Below, piece after piece: positions 8,864 through 17,920 of a stretch of DNA of 22,718 nt. The stretch's first letter is position 1; each line of letters begins with the position of its first letter. The notes under the pieces are model-generated. The model ran no database searches. It saw nothing but the letters and a program-made list of their open reading frames with translations, and was not told the DNA's origin. Source of the stretch: an uncultured Fidelibacterota bacterium (lineage in GTDB: Bacteria; Fidelibacterota; Marinisomatia; Marinisomatales; UBA1611). The position numbers and the translations under genes were made by a program. The DNA lies in NCBI GenBank assembly GCA_913040915.1, contig CAJWHW010000031.1, positions 1 to 22,718 on the forward strand. The letters are read 5' to 3'.

Positions 8864-9663
8864 TTTATGGCTCTGATATATCTGTTTCTACCGGATTGGG
8901 ATGGACACTCTTCCCAATAATAACACCAGTTGCATAAAATAGATTCCTTTGGTTGAAATTTGCCACCATTTTTGATTTTGGATTGAATTTCATCAATAGA
9001 TTTTTTTGTGTCAGTGATGATTTTTCTAATATTTTCAGCTGATCGTGTTGATTCGACTTTTATTCCATGTTGAATAAAATGCCAGACTAATTTAACAGAT
9101 TTGATTTCATCCACTTCAGCCATAAGCCCAATCTGATATAGTGCCAATTGATGATCACTATCCGCTTCTTTCTGCGACATTGCACGTTTTCCGGTCTTAT
9201 AATCATGTATTTCCCAATTACCATTACCATCATGATCGATACGATCTACAATACCTTTAATTTTATAATTTTCATCATTATCTAATAAAAAGATCATTTC
9301 ATGTTCATTTGCGATAACTGGTTCTTTAAAAGGATGGTTTTGTCTATAAAATCTTGCCACACATTCTTCACCTAAATAGAAATAATCTCTGGGAGATTTA
9401 TTTTGATATACAATCGCTATACTATCATGCCAATTCTCCTTCCAAAGAGACTTATGCAACTTTAGAATTTCATCCACCATGGGTATAACACCATTTTTAA
9501 CCTGATTGTATAAATATTCAATGGTTTCATGAACGCGTTTTCCTAGAAATGCTTCAATACCCTCATCTTTTTTATAAATCTGATCGATGTAGCGATATTT
9601 AAATTGCGCGGGGCACTTTTTAAAAGATTGTAATCCACTATGGGAAAAACGTTCTAATGTCAT
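8860..9663 (-). CDS. PD-(D/E)XK nuclease, RecB/AddB/Cas4-like, with predicted 4Fe-4S cluster
   Basis: FSHSGLQSFKKCP, GKRVHE, GIVDRID, IHDYKTG, QLALY and CNWCYYWEEC (1+3 Cys pattern). Confidence 0.9.
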   Translation of the reverse strand: MTLERFSHSGLQSFKKCPAQFKYRYIDQIYKKDEGIEAFLGKRVHETIEYLYNQVKNGVIPMVDEILKLHKSLWKENWHDSIAIVYQNKSPRDYFYLGEECVARFYRQNHPFKEPVIANEHEMIFLLDNDENYKIKGIVDRIDHDGNGNWEIHDYKTGKRAMSQKEADSDHQLALYQIGLMAEVDEIKSVKLVWHFIQHGIKVESTRSAENIRKIITDTKKSIDEIQSKIKNGGKFQPKESILCNWCYYWEECPSQSGRNRYIRAIK

Positions 9664-10931
9664 AATCCTGCACCTAAAAACGGCGTTTCCAAACGGAAAT
9701 CCCCAAACCCATTTGAATCCTTAAAAATAAATTGTTTACTAATTTTATAATAACTCCACACTTGATAAACAGATGAAGATGAAGTAGTAGGGTTTGTCCT
9801 TTGAATTTCATCAGGCGGCCCAAATAATATATATATCATTCCACGGTCTGACTCCCAACCTGGTTGCCAAGAATCAAAGTGTTCATTAGCATACCAAATA
9901 CGGCCATAATATTCTTCCATAATCTCATTGTATTCTGTATTTGCAGTAGGATCTCTTTTTTTCCAAAGTTCATAAAACAACTGTTCCTTTTCTTTTTTTG
10001 ATTTTCCCTTCATTATCAGTTGTTCTTCATTGGTCGTGATATATTTCATCTGTTTCAAGGCTAGTTCAATATTATAAACATAGTTGGAGACGCCGGGTTT
10101 ATAGGTAGAAAAAGATATCTTTTTCATTTCAGTTGTTCCATTTTGTGTCAAAACAATTTTGAAATCATTCTTCAATGATTTTAATTGATCCGAAGAAATA
10201 AATATTTCATCATTGAAATACCCATCTCCACCCTGTCCTGTATAATTATGAATAAGCGAATCATCAGAAGTACCATTCGATAAATATATATTTATATCAA
10301 ATGGATCATTATTAACAAAACCTGAAAAAAGTAGTTCGATACCATCTCCAAACTCACGTACTTTAAATCCCATCGTTGGTATTTTACCAGGGTCAAAACC
10401 CCAATTACCCTGTAAACTCATAAGAAATATTGGGTCAACTAATATGGGCCTAGATGTATATGGTTTTAGGTTCAATTTTTTAATTTTAACACCCTTTTTT
10501 CTAGTATCAGCATCCTGGAGTTCAGCAATAATTTGATATTTGCTTCCTACAGGTAAAGTATGAATAGCATAATGTTTTATATTTTTTGTGTTTGATTTTG
10601 TATCAACATAGCTAATTGCTCGAATTGAATCTGTCCATATTTCATGACCCCAGTCTTCATCATTCTTGCCTTTTAAAGCAATAGAAGCCTGATAGGCTGC
10701 AATAAATCCATCACCATCTTTAACAAACTGTAATGTATAAAACGGAATTTCAATTAGAGTAACAACTCTTATTGAATCTTTATCAATCGCTTCAAAAAAT
10801 GGTACAAGTGTGAATTTTTCCACATTGGTTTTATACTTCTTTCGCGCCAATCCCTGGGAATTTAGATTTTGCCCCACCGATAATATGAGCATAAAAAGTA
10901 TATATGTTTTTATTAAGTATCTCTTTTCCAT
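9660..10931 (-). CDS. Exported GWxTD domain-containing protein
   Basis: Signal peptide, then LWKKRDPTANTEYNE...EYYGRIWYANEHF...GWESDRGMIYILFGPPDEI...WSY...FIFKD. Confidence 0.9.
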   Translation of the reverse strand: MEKRYLIKTYILFMLILSVGQNLNSQGLARKKYKTNVEKFTLVPFFEAIDKDSIRVVTLIEIPFYTLQFVKDGDGFIAAYQASIALKGKNDEDWGHEIWTDSIRAISYVDTKSNTKNIKHYAIHTLPVGSKYQIIAELQDADTRKKGVKIKKLNLKPYTSRPILVDPIFLMSLQGNWGFDPGKIPTMGFKVREFGDGIELLFSGFVNNDPFDINIYLSNGTSDDSLIHNYTGQGGDGYFNDEIFISSDQLKSLKNDFKIVLTQNGTTEMKKISFSTYKPGVSNYVYNIELALKQMKYITTNEEQLIMKGKSKKEKEQLFYELWKKRDPTANTEYNEIMEEYYGRIWYANEHFDSWQPGWESDRGMIYILFGPPDEIQRTNPTTSSSSVYQVWSYYKISKQFIFKDSNGFGDFRLETPFLGAGL

Positions 10932-12556
10932 TTGAATTTCACTAGTCCTTGAGTTGTACCAAGCCAGATAGTTTTACCATTTAAGTGCATCGAATTTACT
11001 TGTCCGATAAACGGAAATTTATACTCCCGTAAAAAACCGGTCCTTTTATTTATTCGCACTAAACCATCTTCGGTTCCCAAAAATATATGTTTTTGATTTA
11101 CTGCTAAAGAATAAACTGTTTTAGCATGATACAGAGTGGATGGAAAAAGTAAATCCCATTCTCTATAATCTAAGTCGAATTTAGCAAGACCCATCTCTCC
11201 TGCAACATAGATTACACGGTCAAATTCTTTTATAGCAGTTATTCGGATCATTAATTCAGGAAAATCTTTTCTACCAATATCTTTTGCTTGGCTGATCTGT
11301 GGATTTTCCTTATTAAAAATAAACACACCAGACCTAGATCCAATCCAGATATCATCATCCACACCTTCAATATCATAAACAGGTATATTAAAAAATAAAT
11401 TTTCGATACCAATTGGAAATTCTCTTTTTGATGCTCGCTCCAACCTGCGTAATCCTACAGAAGAGCCAACCCAGATATATGTCGAATCACCATACACATC
11501 CCAAATTATTCCTCCTGGGACACCTCTTTCTTCACCCAATGTTCTCCATGCATCATCCTTCAAATCATAAAAAAGCATAATCTCATCCCCACCAGCCCAA
11601 AGTTCATTATCTGAAACATGAATTGAATATATAGGAGTTGGATTCATATTGACTGTAGCTTCAAATTCAAACAAACCAGATTCAAAGGTTTGGAGATTTA
11701 ACCAGGATATACCTTTGGATCTGACAAAATCTGAGCTACCAATCCATAATTCTTTACCATCATCAAATAATCCAACTACATCGGTATTTACTATATCAGG
11801 ATTTAGCGGGTAAAATGATTCCATGGTAGTCGTTCCATGAAAAAATGTACCATCTATAACACCAACAAATACATTGCCATGATTGGCAATCAAACCTGTT
11901 GTGATTTCAACTCGTCGTCCGAGAGGGTCAATGAATTCGTCTCCATTCATAATCCACCCTTCCATTGCATTATAATTCATAAATATTTTTTTTAAATCTG
12001 GTTGACCTGTGTATCGACCACTACTCCACATAATATCCAGTTCATCTGGTGTAGGGTAGACCCCAATAAGTGTTCCAGATGAATGATCAAGTTTGACATA
12101 GGATGAAAAAGCCTTAAGCCAAATTGCTGATGACGATGAACCAATCTGATTAATACGGTCTTGCCGAGATAAACCTAAATCTTGCAGTTCACGTGAATAC
12201 CAATCACCTTCTCTGGAAAACGAGTATTGTACATATTTCGGTGTCGAGACCCAAATTAGACCGGTTTGTTTATCAAAATGGGTTGCCGTTACATAATTAT
12301 CTTTTAGACCCTGAGCTATCGTAATTGGTTCTTCAAAATTATTGCCAAATAAATTTAGCCTTTTCAAACCTCCTGCTTTAGTTCCTATATACGCATACGT
12401 GTAGCCTTCTGTAATGCTCGTAATTGATTCAGCGCCACGATATAACACCCAATCAAATGGTCGAAATCTTGAATCTGGTTGACCTAATACTAGACTTATT
12501 TGAATTAAAAATATAAAAAAAGGAAAAATAAATTTGATCATCCGATTGAAACTCAA
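10913..12556 (-). CDS. Exported beta-propeller repeat protein
   Basis: Signal peptide (start either TTG 12556 or ATG 12541) and repeated blades: YAYIGTKAGGL, LIWVST, LWIGSS, LWAGG, YIWVGSSVGL, IWIGSRSGV, IFLGTEDGL, IWLGTTQGL. Confidence 0.75.
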   Translation of the reverse strand: MSFNRMIKFIFPFFIFLIQISLVLGQPDSRFRPFDWVLYRGAESITSITEGYTYAYIGTKAGGLKRLNLFGNNFEEPITIAQGLKDNYVTATHFDKQTGLIWVSTPKYVQYSFSREGDWYSRELQDLGLSRQDRINQIGSSSSAIWLKAFSSYVKLDHSSGTLIGVYPTPDELDIMWSSGRYTGQPDLKKIFMNYNAMEGWIMNGDEFIDPLGRRVEITTGLIANHGNVFVGVIDGTFFHGTTTMESFYPLNPDIVNTDVVGLFDDGKELWIGSSDFVRSKGISWLNLQTFESGLFEFEATVNMNPTPIYSIHVSDNELWAGGDEIMLFYDLKDDAWRTLGEERGVPGGIIWDVYGDSTYIWVGSSVGLRRLERASKREFPIGIENLFFNIPVYDIEGVDDDIWIGSRSGVFIFNKENPQISQAKDIGRKDFPELMIRITAIKEFDRVIYVAGEMGLAKFDLDYREWDLLFPSTLYHAKTVYSLAVNQKHIFLGTEDGLVRINKRTGFLREYKFPFIGQVNSMHLNGKTIWLGTTQGLVKFKWKRDT

Positions 12557-13521
12557 TCGTGATGGTGTTTCACTATATCCAACAAAGAATTCGCATCAAT
12601 AGGAACCACCCCTGCTTCTTCGCAGACCCGACCTGCAGCCAAGTTAGCCATCAAGGCAGATTTATCAGGCGAATAACCACAAATATCACATAAAGTAAAA
12701 GTAGCTATTACAGTGTCTCCTGCCCCGGAAACATCATGCACATCTCTGGCTTTCGTCTCAATTTTAAATTGTCCTTTTTCAGTAAAAAGTGTCATCCCTT
12801 TCTCTCCCTGGGTAACAATCAACATTTCATAACCATTTTTACTGCGGAATTCTTCTCCTGAAAGATTTAAATCTGTTAAGCCGTTCAAATTTGATAAAAA
12901 TTCTAAAAAATTAGGTTTAAATAACCGTGCACCTGAATAGGATGTGAAATTTGACTTTTTGGGATCTACAAATACGGGGACAGAACGATCTTTACATAGT
13001 TCCATAATCCACGTAATCATCTGTTTATTGAATATACCCTTATTATAATCCTGAAGTATAATTCCATCTACCTGATCGATTTGATGAGAAATAGTTGCTT
13101 GTAATTTTTCAAAGGTTATATCACTCAGTGGTGAAGAATTCTCTCTATCCAGCCTTACTACTTGCTGTCCATGAGCAATAATCCTGGTTTTTATGGTTGT
13201 CTCTCTATCCTTATCAGTTATTAGCTGACAATTGATTCCGCTATCATCAGCTAAAATGGATTGCAGTAATTCTCCACTACGATCATCACCTATAACGCCA
13301 ATTAGTGTTACATTTCCACCCAGACCATAGATGTTACGCGCTACATTTGCGGCACCCCCAGGATGATGATTACTCTTATTAACATTTACAACTGGAACGG
13401 GTGCTTCAGGAGATATCCTATCCACACTTCCCCAGATATATTTGTCAAGCATAACATCACCGATCACAAGAATGTGTTTCTCTTTAAACTGATTTAATAA
13501 GTTTTTAACATCAATATTCAT
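12553..13521 (-). CDS. rfaE1: D-glycero-beta-D-manno-heptose-7-phosphate kinase (stand-alone RfaE/HldE kinase domain)
   Basis: ILVIGDVMLDKY.WG.VDRISPEAPVPVV, GGAANVA, QDYNKG, VDPK, KPN and DVSGAGDTV (PfkB family). No adenylyltransferase domain. Confidence 0.93.
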   Translation of the reverse strand: MNIDVKNLLNQFKEKHILVIGDVMLDKYIWGSVDRISPEAPVPVVNVNKSNHHPGGAANVARNIYGLGGNVTLIGVIGDDRSGELLQSILADDSGINCQLITDKDRETTIKTRIIAHGQQVVRLDRENSSPLSDITFEKLQATISHQIDQVDGIILQDYNKGIFNKQMITWIMELCKDRSVPVFVDPKKSNFTSYSGARLFKPNFLEFLSNLNGLTDLNLSGEEFRSKNGYEMLIVTQGEKGMTLFTEKGQFKIETKARDVHDVSGAGDTVIATFTLCDICGYSPDKSALMANLAAGRVCEEAGVVPIDANSLLDIVKHHHD

Positions 13522-13582
13522 ATTTGATCATCTGGTCATGAATGTAAGGCTAATCATAATCCCTAATCGATAGAATTCATTA

Positions 13583-14314
13583 TTACCATTTATTTCGACC
13601 TCTTGATTTTCTGTTCCTGCGCTTTGAATCTCTTTGTGGTTTTCTAGAAATCCCAGTACGAATCTTAGAAACATGTCCATTATCTAAATAGATTAAAACC
13701 GAAGCGAATTTCTTTAAATAGACATCACTGGGCGATGATAAAACAATTGTGGTACCAAGAGTCCGGTTCATTTTTGTAAGCTGATTTCGAAATTCTTGTT
13801 CCATTGTTGAATTAAAATAGACTCCATAATCATCAATGAGTAATACTCGTGGGTCAGCTTCACAGGCAAATATCATTCCTAGCCAATGGCGTTCTCCTTG
13901 AGATATTTTTACAAGTTTCCTGTTCCACAGGTTTTTAAAATTAGAATTATTAAAATATCGATTTTCTATAACATTCTTTTTCTTCGTGAAGGTTACAGAA
14001 ACATATTCTGATACGGTCTTATTAGATTTTTCTAAATCAGGATTACTTGAATAAAATACTTCTTTATTTGGAATTAATCTCCCCATCCAATTTGTATCGA
14101 AAGGTTCATCATCATATAACATCATTCCACCTGATTCTTTTTCAACACCAGCCATTATATTTAGCAATACTGATTTACCACTACCTACAGTTCCGATTAT
14201 TCCATAGATCGTACCGGGATGGATTTCTAATTTGTTCACATTTAAAGCAATAAAAGATCCGTAAGATTTTTTTAGATCTTTAATCTTATAGATTAATCTT
14301 TTAGTTTGTGTCAT
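13583..14314 (-). CDS. ABC-type ATP-binding protein, degenerate
   Basis: Walker A GTVGSGKS; signature-like ISQGER; Walker B VLLIDD; LGTTIVLSSP...YLDNGHV; basic C-terminal tail. Confidence 0.75.
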   Translation of the reverse strand: MTQTKRLIYKIKDLKKSYGSFIALNVNKLEIHPGTIYGIIGTVGSGKSVLLNIMAGVEKESGGMMLYDDEPFDTNWMGRLIPNKEVFYSSNPDLEKSNKTVSEYVSVTFTKKKNVIENRYFNNSNFKNLWNRKLVKISQGERHWLGMIFACEADPRVLLIDDYGVYFNSTMEQEFRNQLTKMNRTLGTTIVLSSPSDVYLKKFASVLIYLDNGHVSKIRTGISRKPQRDSKRRNRKSRGRNKW

Positions 14315-14345
14315 CTTCTTTCCTATTTAGGCACATGCCTGAAAG

Positions 14346-14363
14346 AAAAAGGGAAACCTTTTT
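14346..14363. terminator. Weak terminator-like hairpin downstream of trxB
   Basis: Perfect inverted repeat AAAAAGG-GAAA-CCTTTTT just past the trxB stop; only two GC pairs. Confidence 0.3.
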
Positions 14364-14369
14364 AAGCCA

Positions 14370-15299
14370 TTAACCGTCCTGGCTTTCCAACCATCGTTCA
14401 GCATCAATAGCCGCCATACATCCGGTACCTGCCGCCGTTACGGCCTGGCGATAAATATGATCCTGAACATCACCACAGGCAAATACACCATCTACATTAG
14501 TGAACGTAGAATCTGGTTTTGTGATAATATAACCGGCATCATTCAGATCTAAGGTCCCATTAAAAAGCTTGGTATTTGGTACATGCCCAATCGCCATAAA
14601 AACTCCGTCACATTCCATAATCCGTTTTTCTCCTGATTTAGTATCTTCCAGTTGTACTCCTGTAACGCCAGTATCGATGGAACCCTGTATTTCATCAACG
14701 ACAGTATTATATTCCACTGATATTTTTGGATTTTCCAGAGCCCTATCAATCATAATTTTAGATGCTCTAAATTCGCCTCGCCTGTGAATCAGTATAACTT
14801 CAGATGCAAACTTTGTTAAAAACGTTGCTTCTTCCATTGCAGAGTCGCCACCGCCCACAACCAATACTTTTTTATCTTTGAAGAAAAAGCCATCGCAGGT
14901 GGCACAAGCAGAAACACCATGCCCCATTAGTCTTGTTTCTGATTCAAGTCCCAAAAGTCTTGCAGACGCACCCGTTGAAATAATAATCGTATCTGAGGAA
15001 TATTCATTACCATCAGACCAAACTCTAAAAGGTCGCCTGTGAAAATCAACTTTATCAACAGTTTTAAAAAGACATTCTGCCCCAAACCGTTTGGCTTGTT
15101 TTCTGAATTCATCCATCATTTCCGGACCCATAATTCCATCAGGAAAACCAGGATAGTTTTCTACATCCGTGGTGATAGTAAGTTGACCGCCTGGCTGTGC
15201 ACCTTCAAAAACGAGTGGTTCTAGATTTGCTCTAGCTGCATATATCGCAGCGGTAAGGCCAGCGGGACCTGAGCCAATAATAATGACTTTCCGCTTCAT
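14370..15299 (-). CDS. trxB: Thioredoxin-disulfide reductase
   Basis: [61 protein letters not shown]. Confidence 0.98.
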   Translation of the reverse strand: MKRKVIIIGSGPAGLTAAIYAARANLEPLVFEGAQPGGQLTITTDVENYPGFPDGIMGPEMMDEFRKQAKRFGAECLFKTVDKVDFHRRPFRVWSDGNEYSSDTIIISTGASARLLGLESETRLMGHGVSACATCDGFFFKDKKVLVVGGGDSAMEEATFLTKFASEVILIHRRGEFRASKIMIDRALENPKISVEYNTVVDEIQGSIDTGVTGVQLEDTKSGEKRIMECDGVFMAIGHVPNTKLFNGTLDLNDAGYIITKPDSTFTNVDGVFACGDVQDHIYRQAVTAAGTGCMAAIDAERWLESQDG

Positions 15300-15318
15300 T
15301 TCCCTTTTCTTTTTCTAG

Positions 15319-15645
15319 TTAAATAATTTCATCTAAAATGTCTGTGATATTACCCTTTGGAACAGCACCAACAATTTGATTAACAACTTTCCCATCTTTC
15401 ATGATTAGAAGTGTGGGAATACTTCTCACACCGTATTTCATTGCGGTGTTTTGGTTTTGATCAACATCAATCTTCCCTACTTTGACTTTACCATTATATT
15501 CATGAGCAATTTCTTCGATCACTGGTGCTATAGCCTTACAGGGTCCGCACCAGGTGGCCCAAAAGTCAATTAAAACAGGAACATCTGATTTTTCCGCATC
15601 GCTATCAAAGTTTTGATCAGTAAACTCAAATACATTTTCAGACAT
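15319..15645 (-). CDS. trxA: Thioredoxin
   Basis: DFWATWCGPCK and VRSIPTL; GGAG Shine-Dalgarno 5 nt upstream (15654-15651). Confidence 0.98.
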   Translation of the reverse strand: MSENVFEFTDQNFDSDAEKSDVPVLIDFWATWCGPCKAIAPVIEEIAHEYNGKVKVGKIDVDQNQNTAMKYGVRSIPTLLIMKDGKVVNQIVGAVPKGNITDILDEII

Positions 15646-15808
15646 AAGTTCTCCAATAATTAATAAAATAAAACCCAGTAAGTTATGACATCTCTACAAA
15701 TCGTTATAAAGAAATAATGCGAAATTTCATTCATAATTTATTTTTAATAAGTCCCGAACAATAGCAATAGGTAGATTTAGGGCTTGTCTTAAAATGATGA
15801 ATAAAACT

Positions 15809-17920
15809 TTACCTTATTAAACCAAAATTGATATTATACTGACGATCATAAATAGAAATTCCATTTAATACCTGGTGAGAATTATTTAGATTTTTTCCTG
15901 CTATACTTATGTTTGTCTTAAATCCAAATATTTCCATAATAAATGATAAATTCGCATTGAATGCCTGCATCGGCTCTAACTGGCTAGAAAAATATTCTCC
16001 TGCAGGGCTAAGAGATGAAATCTGGCGTGAACTTTCGCTACGATGAATAAGATCCAATTGAAACCATTTACGCTTGAAAGAAATTTTATTATGTAGAATT
16101 TTTTCCGGCTGCATCTGAAAAGCCTGCGGATCAGAGAAATTATATGCCGAGTAGGTTGATGTAAATTGGAACCATTTTCTTTTTGGTTGAAAATACAAAC
16201 TACCATCAAAACCTGATAATGATGCATCACCAAAATTAACTGGAAATTGAGCCGGGACTCCTACCAATTGGATCTGCTTAATTTTATAGGAATATTCATA
16301 GGAAAACACTGAAATACTCATGGAATATGTACCAAAACTTTTATTCGACCCCTTTTCTAATGTTAGTCCAATATCGTAAGTAGATTTTTGTTCTGGTAAT
16401 AATCCATATAATCCTAACCTATCACTATGAATTTCGTTAAGAATTCGTTCCATCAGACTAGGGATTCGAAATACATTACCCCAATTAGTATATATCGTAA
16501 TTTTCTTACCAAAAACACGATTCAAAAATGACGCAGTAAATAAGGCACTGGTCTCCTGCCAGTTTTTTTTACTAATACTAATATTTTTAAGTGTATCTGG
16601 CGTATCCAAGACCAATTGCTGACTCAATACAAATTTTGCATTTTTTAACTGGAAAAATTTTTCTTTTTCAGGCTGTCTGATTTCAAAAGAACCGGTAAAT
16701 ATTGAATTATTTCTATAGGTAAACAGACTAGAATCATTCAATTGCCAATCTGATGCTAAGTAATTTATTTCACTCGAAAATTTAAGGATGGAATTTTGAA
16801 TACCTTTTGCAAATGTAAATCCACCCCCCTGATTTAAATCATTATTTTTGACTGCACCTAACACAGTTGAGTCCCCTCCAGCACGATTCTGAAATTGCCC
16901 AAAAAATGATAAATAGCCATTTTGTGGATGAGAATGAATAATCTTTGCCATTACGTTCTGCAACTTCATTGAAACATAATTTTTTGTACGATCGTTATAA
17001 AAATTCTTTTCATTCTGAAACCCCATTATACGACCTTCTAGGTTGTGGTTGTTTTTTAAACCAATGTGGGCAAACTGTCGTGATACGGATGTATTAATTT
17101 CCGGTTTATTATTGTCTACGTAAACTTGAGAAAATTGCTTCTTATCTGTACCAACACTTAAACCAATATTTTTAAATCCGATTGAACCTTCTCCGCCATA
17201 GCCTCCATAATCATAAGTCCCCATCTGTTGATAAAAAGCAAAGCTGGGCCCATAAAATAATTTGGGTATAAAGTTAATTGTACCTGAAGAAGCTAAACCC
17301 TTTTCATGGCTTCCTTTGACTAATTCGATCCTGGAGAATCCGGATGTAGAAAACAGAGACAAATCAACCATGGGGTCACCCAGTGTGTTAATCCGAATGC
17401 CATCATAAAGATAGATCATTTCTTCTGAAGTAGTGGCACGAATTGAAAGAGATTTTTGCCCATTCATATTTTCATTCATTGCTAAAGATTGTTCAGAAAA
17501 AAGGACATCAACGATATCCCTGTAACCACGCATTTTCAAAACATCCGTATCCAAAGAAATAATAGAATAATTAATATCAAATGGATTGAATTGATTACGG
17601 TTTAACCCAGCCATTTCCAGTGAGTCTAAGGCATCTACTATGGGCTCTAAAATTATTGGAGTTCCATTTTTATAGATAATGCCGTTAATGGTTTTGGGTT
17701 GATGCTCAATATGGCTCAAACTTATTTCCCTATCCTTTACCGGCATGTTAAACATAAATAAACCTTTTTCATTTGATTCGGTTCTTGTTTCAGATGGTTT
17801 TGAAACAATTTTGACTTTAGCCAGGGGCTCACCATTTGAATCAAGAACAATACCTTGGACAGGTTTATTCTGAGCTACTAGAATGAATGAATAAAAAAAA
17901 AAGGAAAGTGTTTGCTTCAT
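15809..17920 (-). CDS. TonB-dependent receptor
   Basis: N-terminal carboxypeptidase-regulatory-like domain (GIVLDSNGEPL), plug motifs (SIR...YLYDGIRIN...IELVKG...GTINFI) and barrel motifs (FRIPSL.E, LLPEQ, GKNLNN, RQYNINF). Confidence 0.85.
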   Translation of the reverse strand: MKQTLSFFFYSFILVAQNKPVQGIVLDSNGEPLAKVKIVSKPSETRTESNEKGLFMFNMPVKDREISLSHIEHQPKTINGIIYKNGTPIILEPIVDALDSLEMAGLNRNQFNPFDINYSIISLDTDVLKMRGYRDIVDVLFSEQSLAMNENMNGQKSLSIRATTSEEMIYLYDGIRINTLGDPMVDLSLFSTSGFSRIELVKGSHEKGLASSGTINFIPKLFYGPSFAFYQQMGTYDYGGYGGEGSIGFKNIGLSVGTDKKQFSQVYVDNNKPEINTSVSRQFAHIGLKNNHNLEGRIMGFQNEKNFYNDRTKNYVSMKLQNVMAKIIHSHPQNGYLSFFGQFQNRAGGDSTVLGAVKNNDLNQGGGFTFAKGIQNSILKFSSEINYLASDWQLNDSSLFTYRNNSIFTGSFEIRQPEKEKFFQLKNAKFVLSQQLVLDTPDTLKNISISKKNWQETSALFTASFLNRVFGKKITIYTNWGNVFRIPSLMERILNEIHSDRLGLYGLLPEQKSTYDIGLTLEKGSNKSFGTYSMSISVFSYEYSYKIKQIQLVGVPAQFPVNFGDASLSGFDGSLYFQPKRKWFQFTSTYSAYNFSDPQAFQMQPEKILHNKISFKRKWFQLDLIHRSESSRQISSLSPAGEYFSSQLEPMQAFNANLSFIMEIFGFKTNISIAGKNLNNSHQVLNGISIYDRQYNINFGLIR

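Noticed and set aside
8860..9663. CRISPR-Cas locus (Cas4)
   Set aside because: No repeat-spacer array or other cas genes; the DRID/DYKTG/QLALY motifs fit RecB/AddB-type stand-alone nucleases.
14370..15645. Selenocysteine or otherwise unusual thioredoxin system
   Set aside because: Canonical CATC and WCGPC motifs, TAA stops and no in-frame TGA.
15646..15808. ncRNA, tRNA or riboswitch in the TBDR-trxA gap
   Set aside because: AT-rich with no cloverleaf, strong stem or recognisable aptamer motif; probably just the trxA promoter region.
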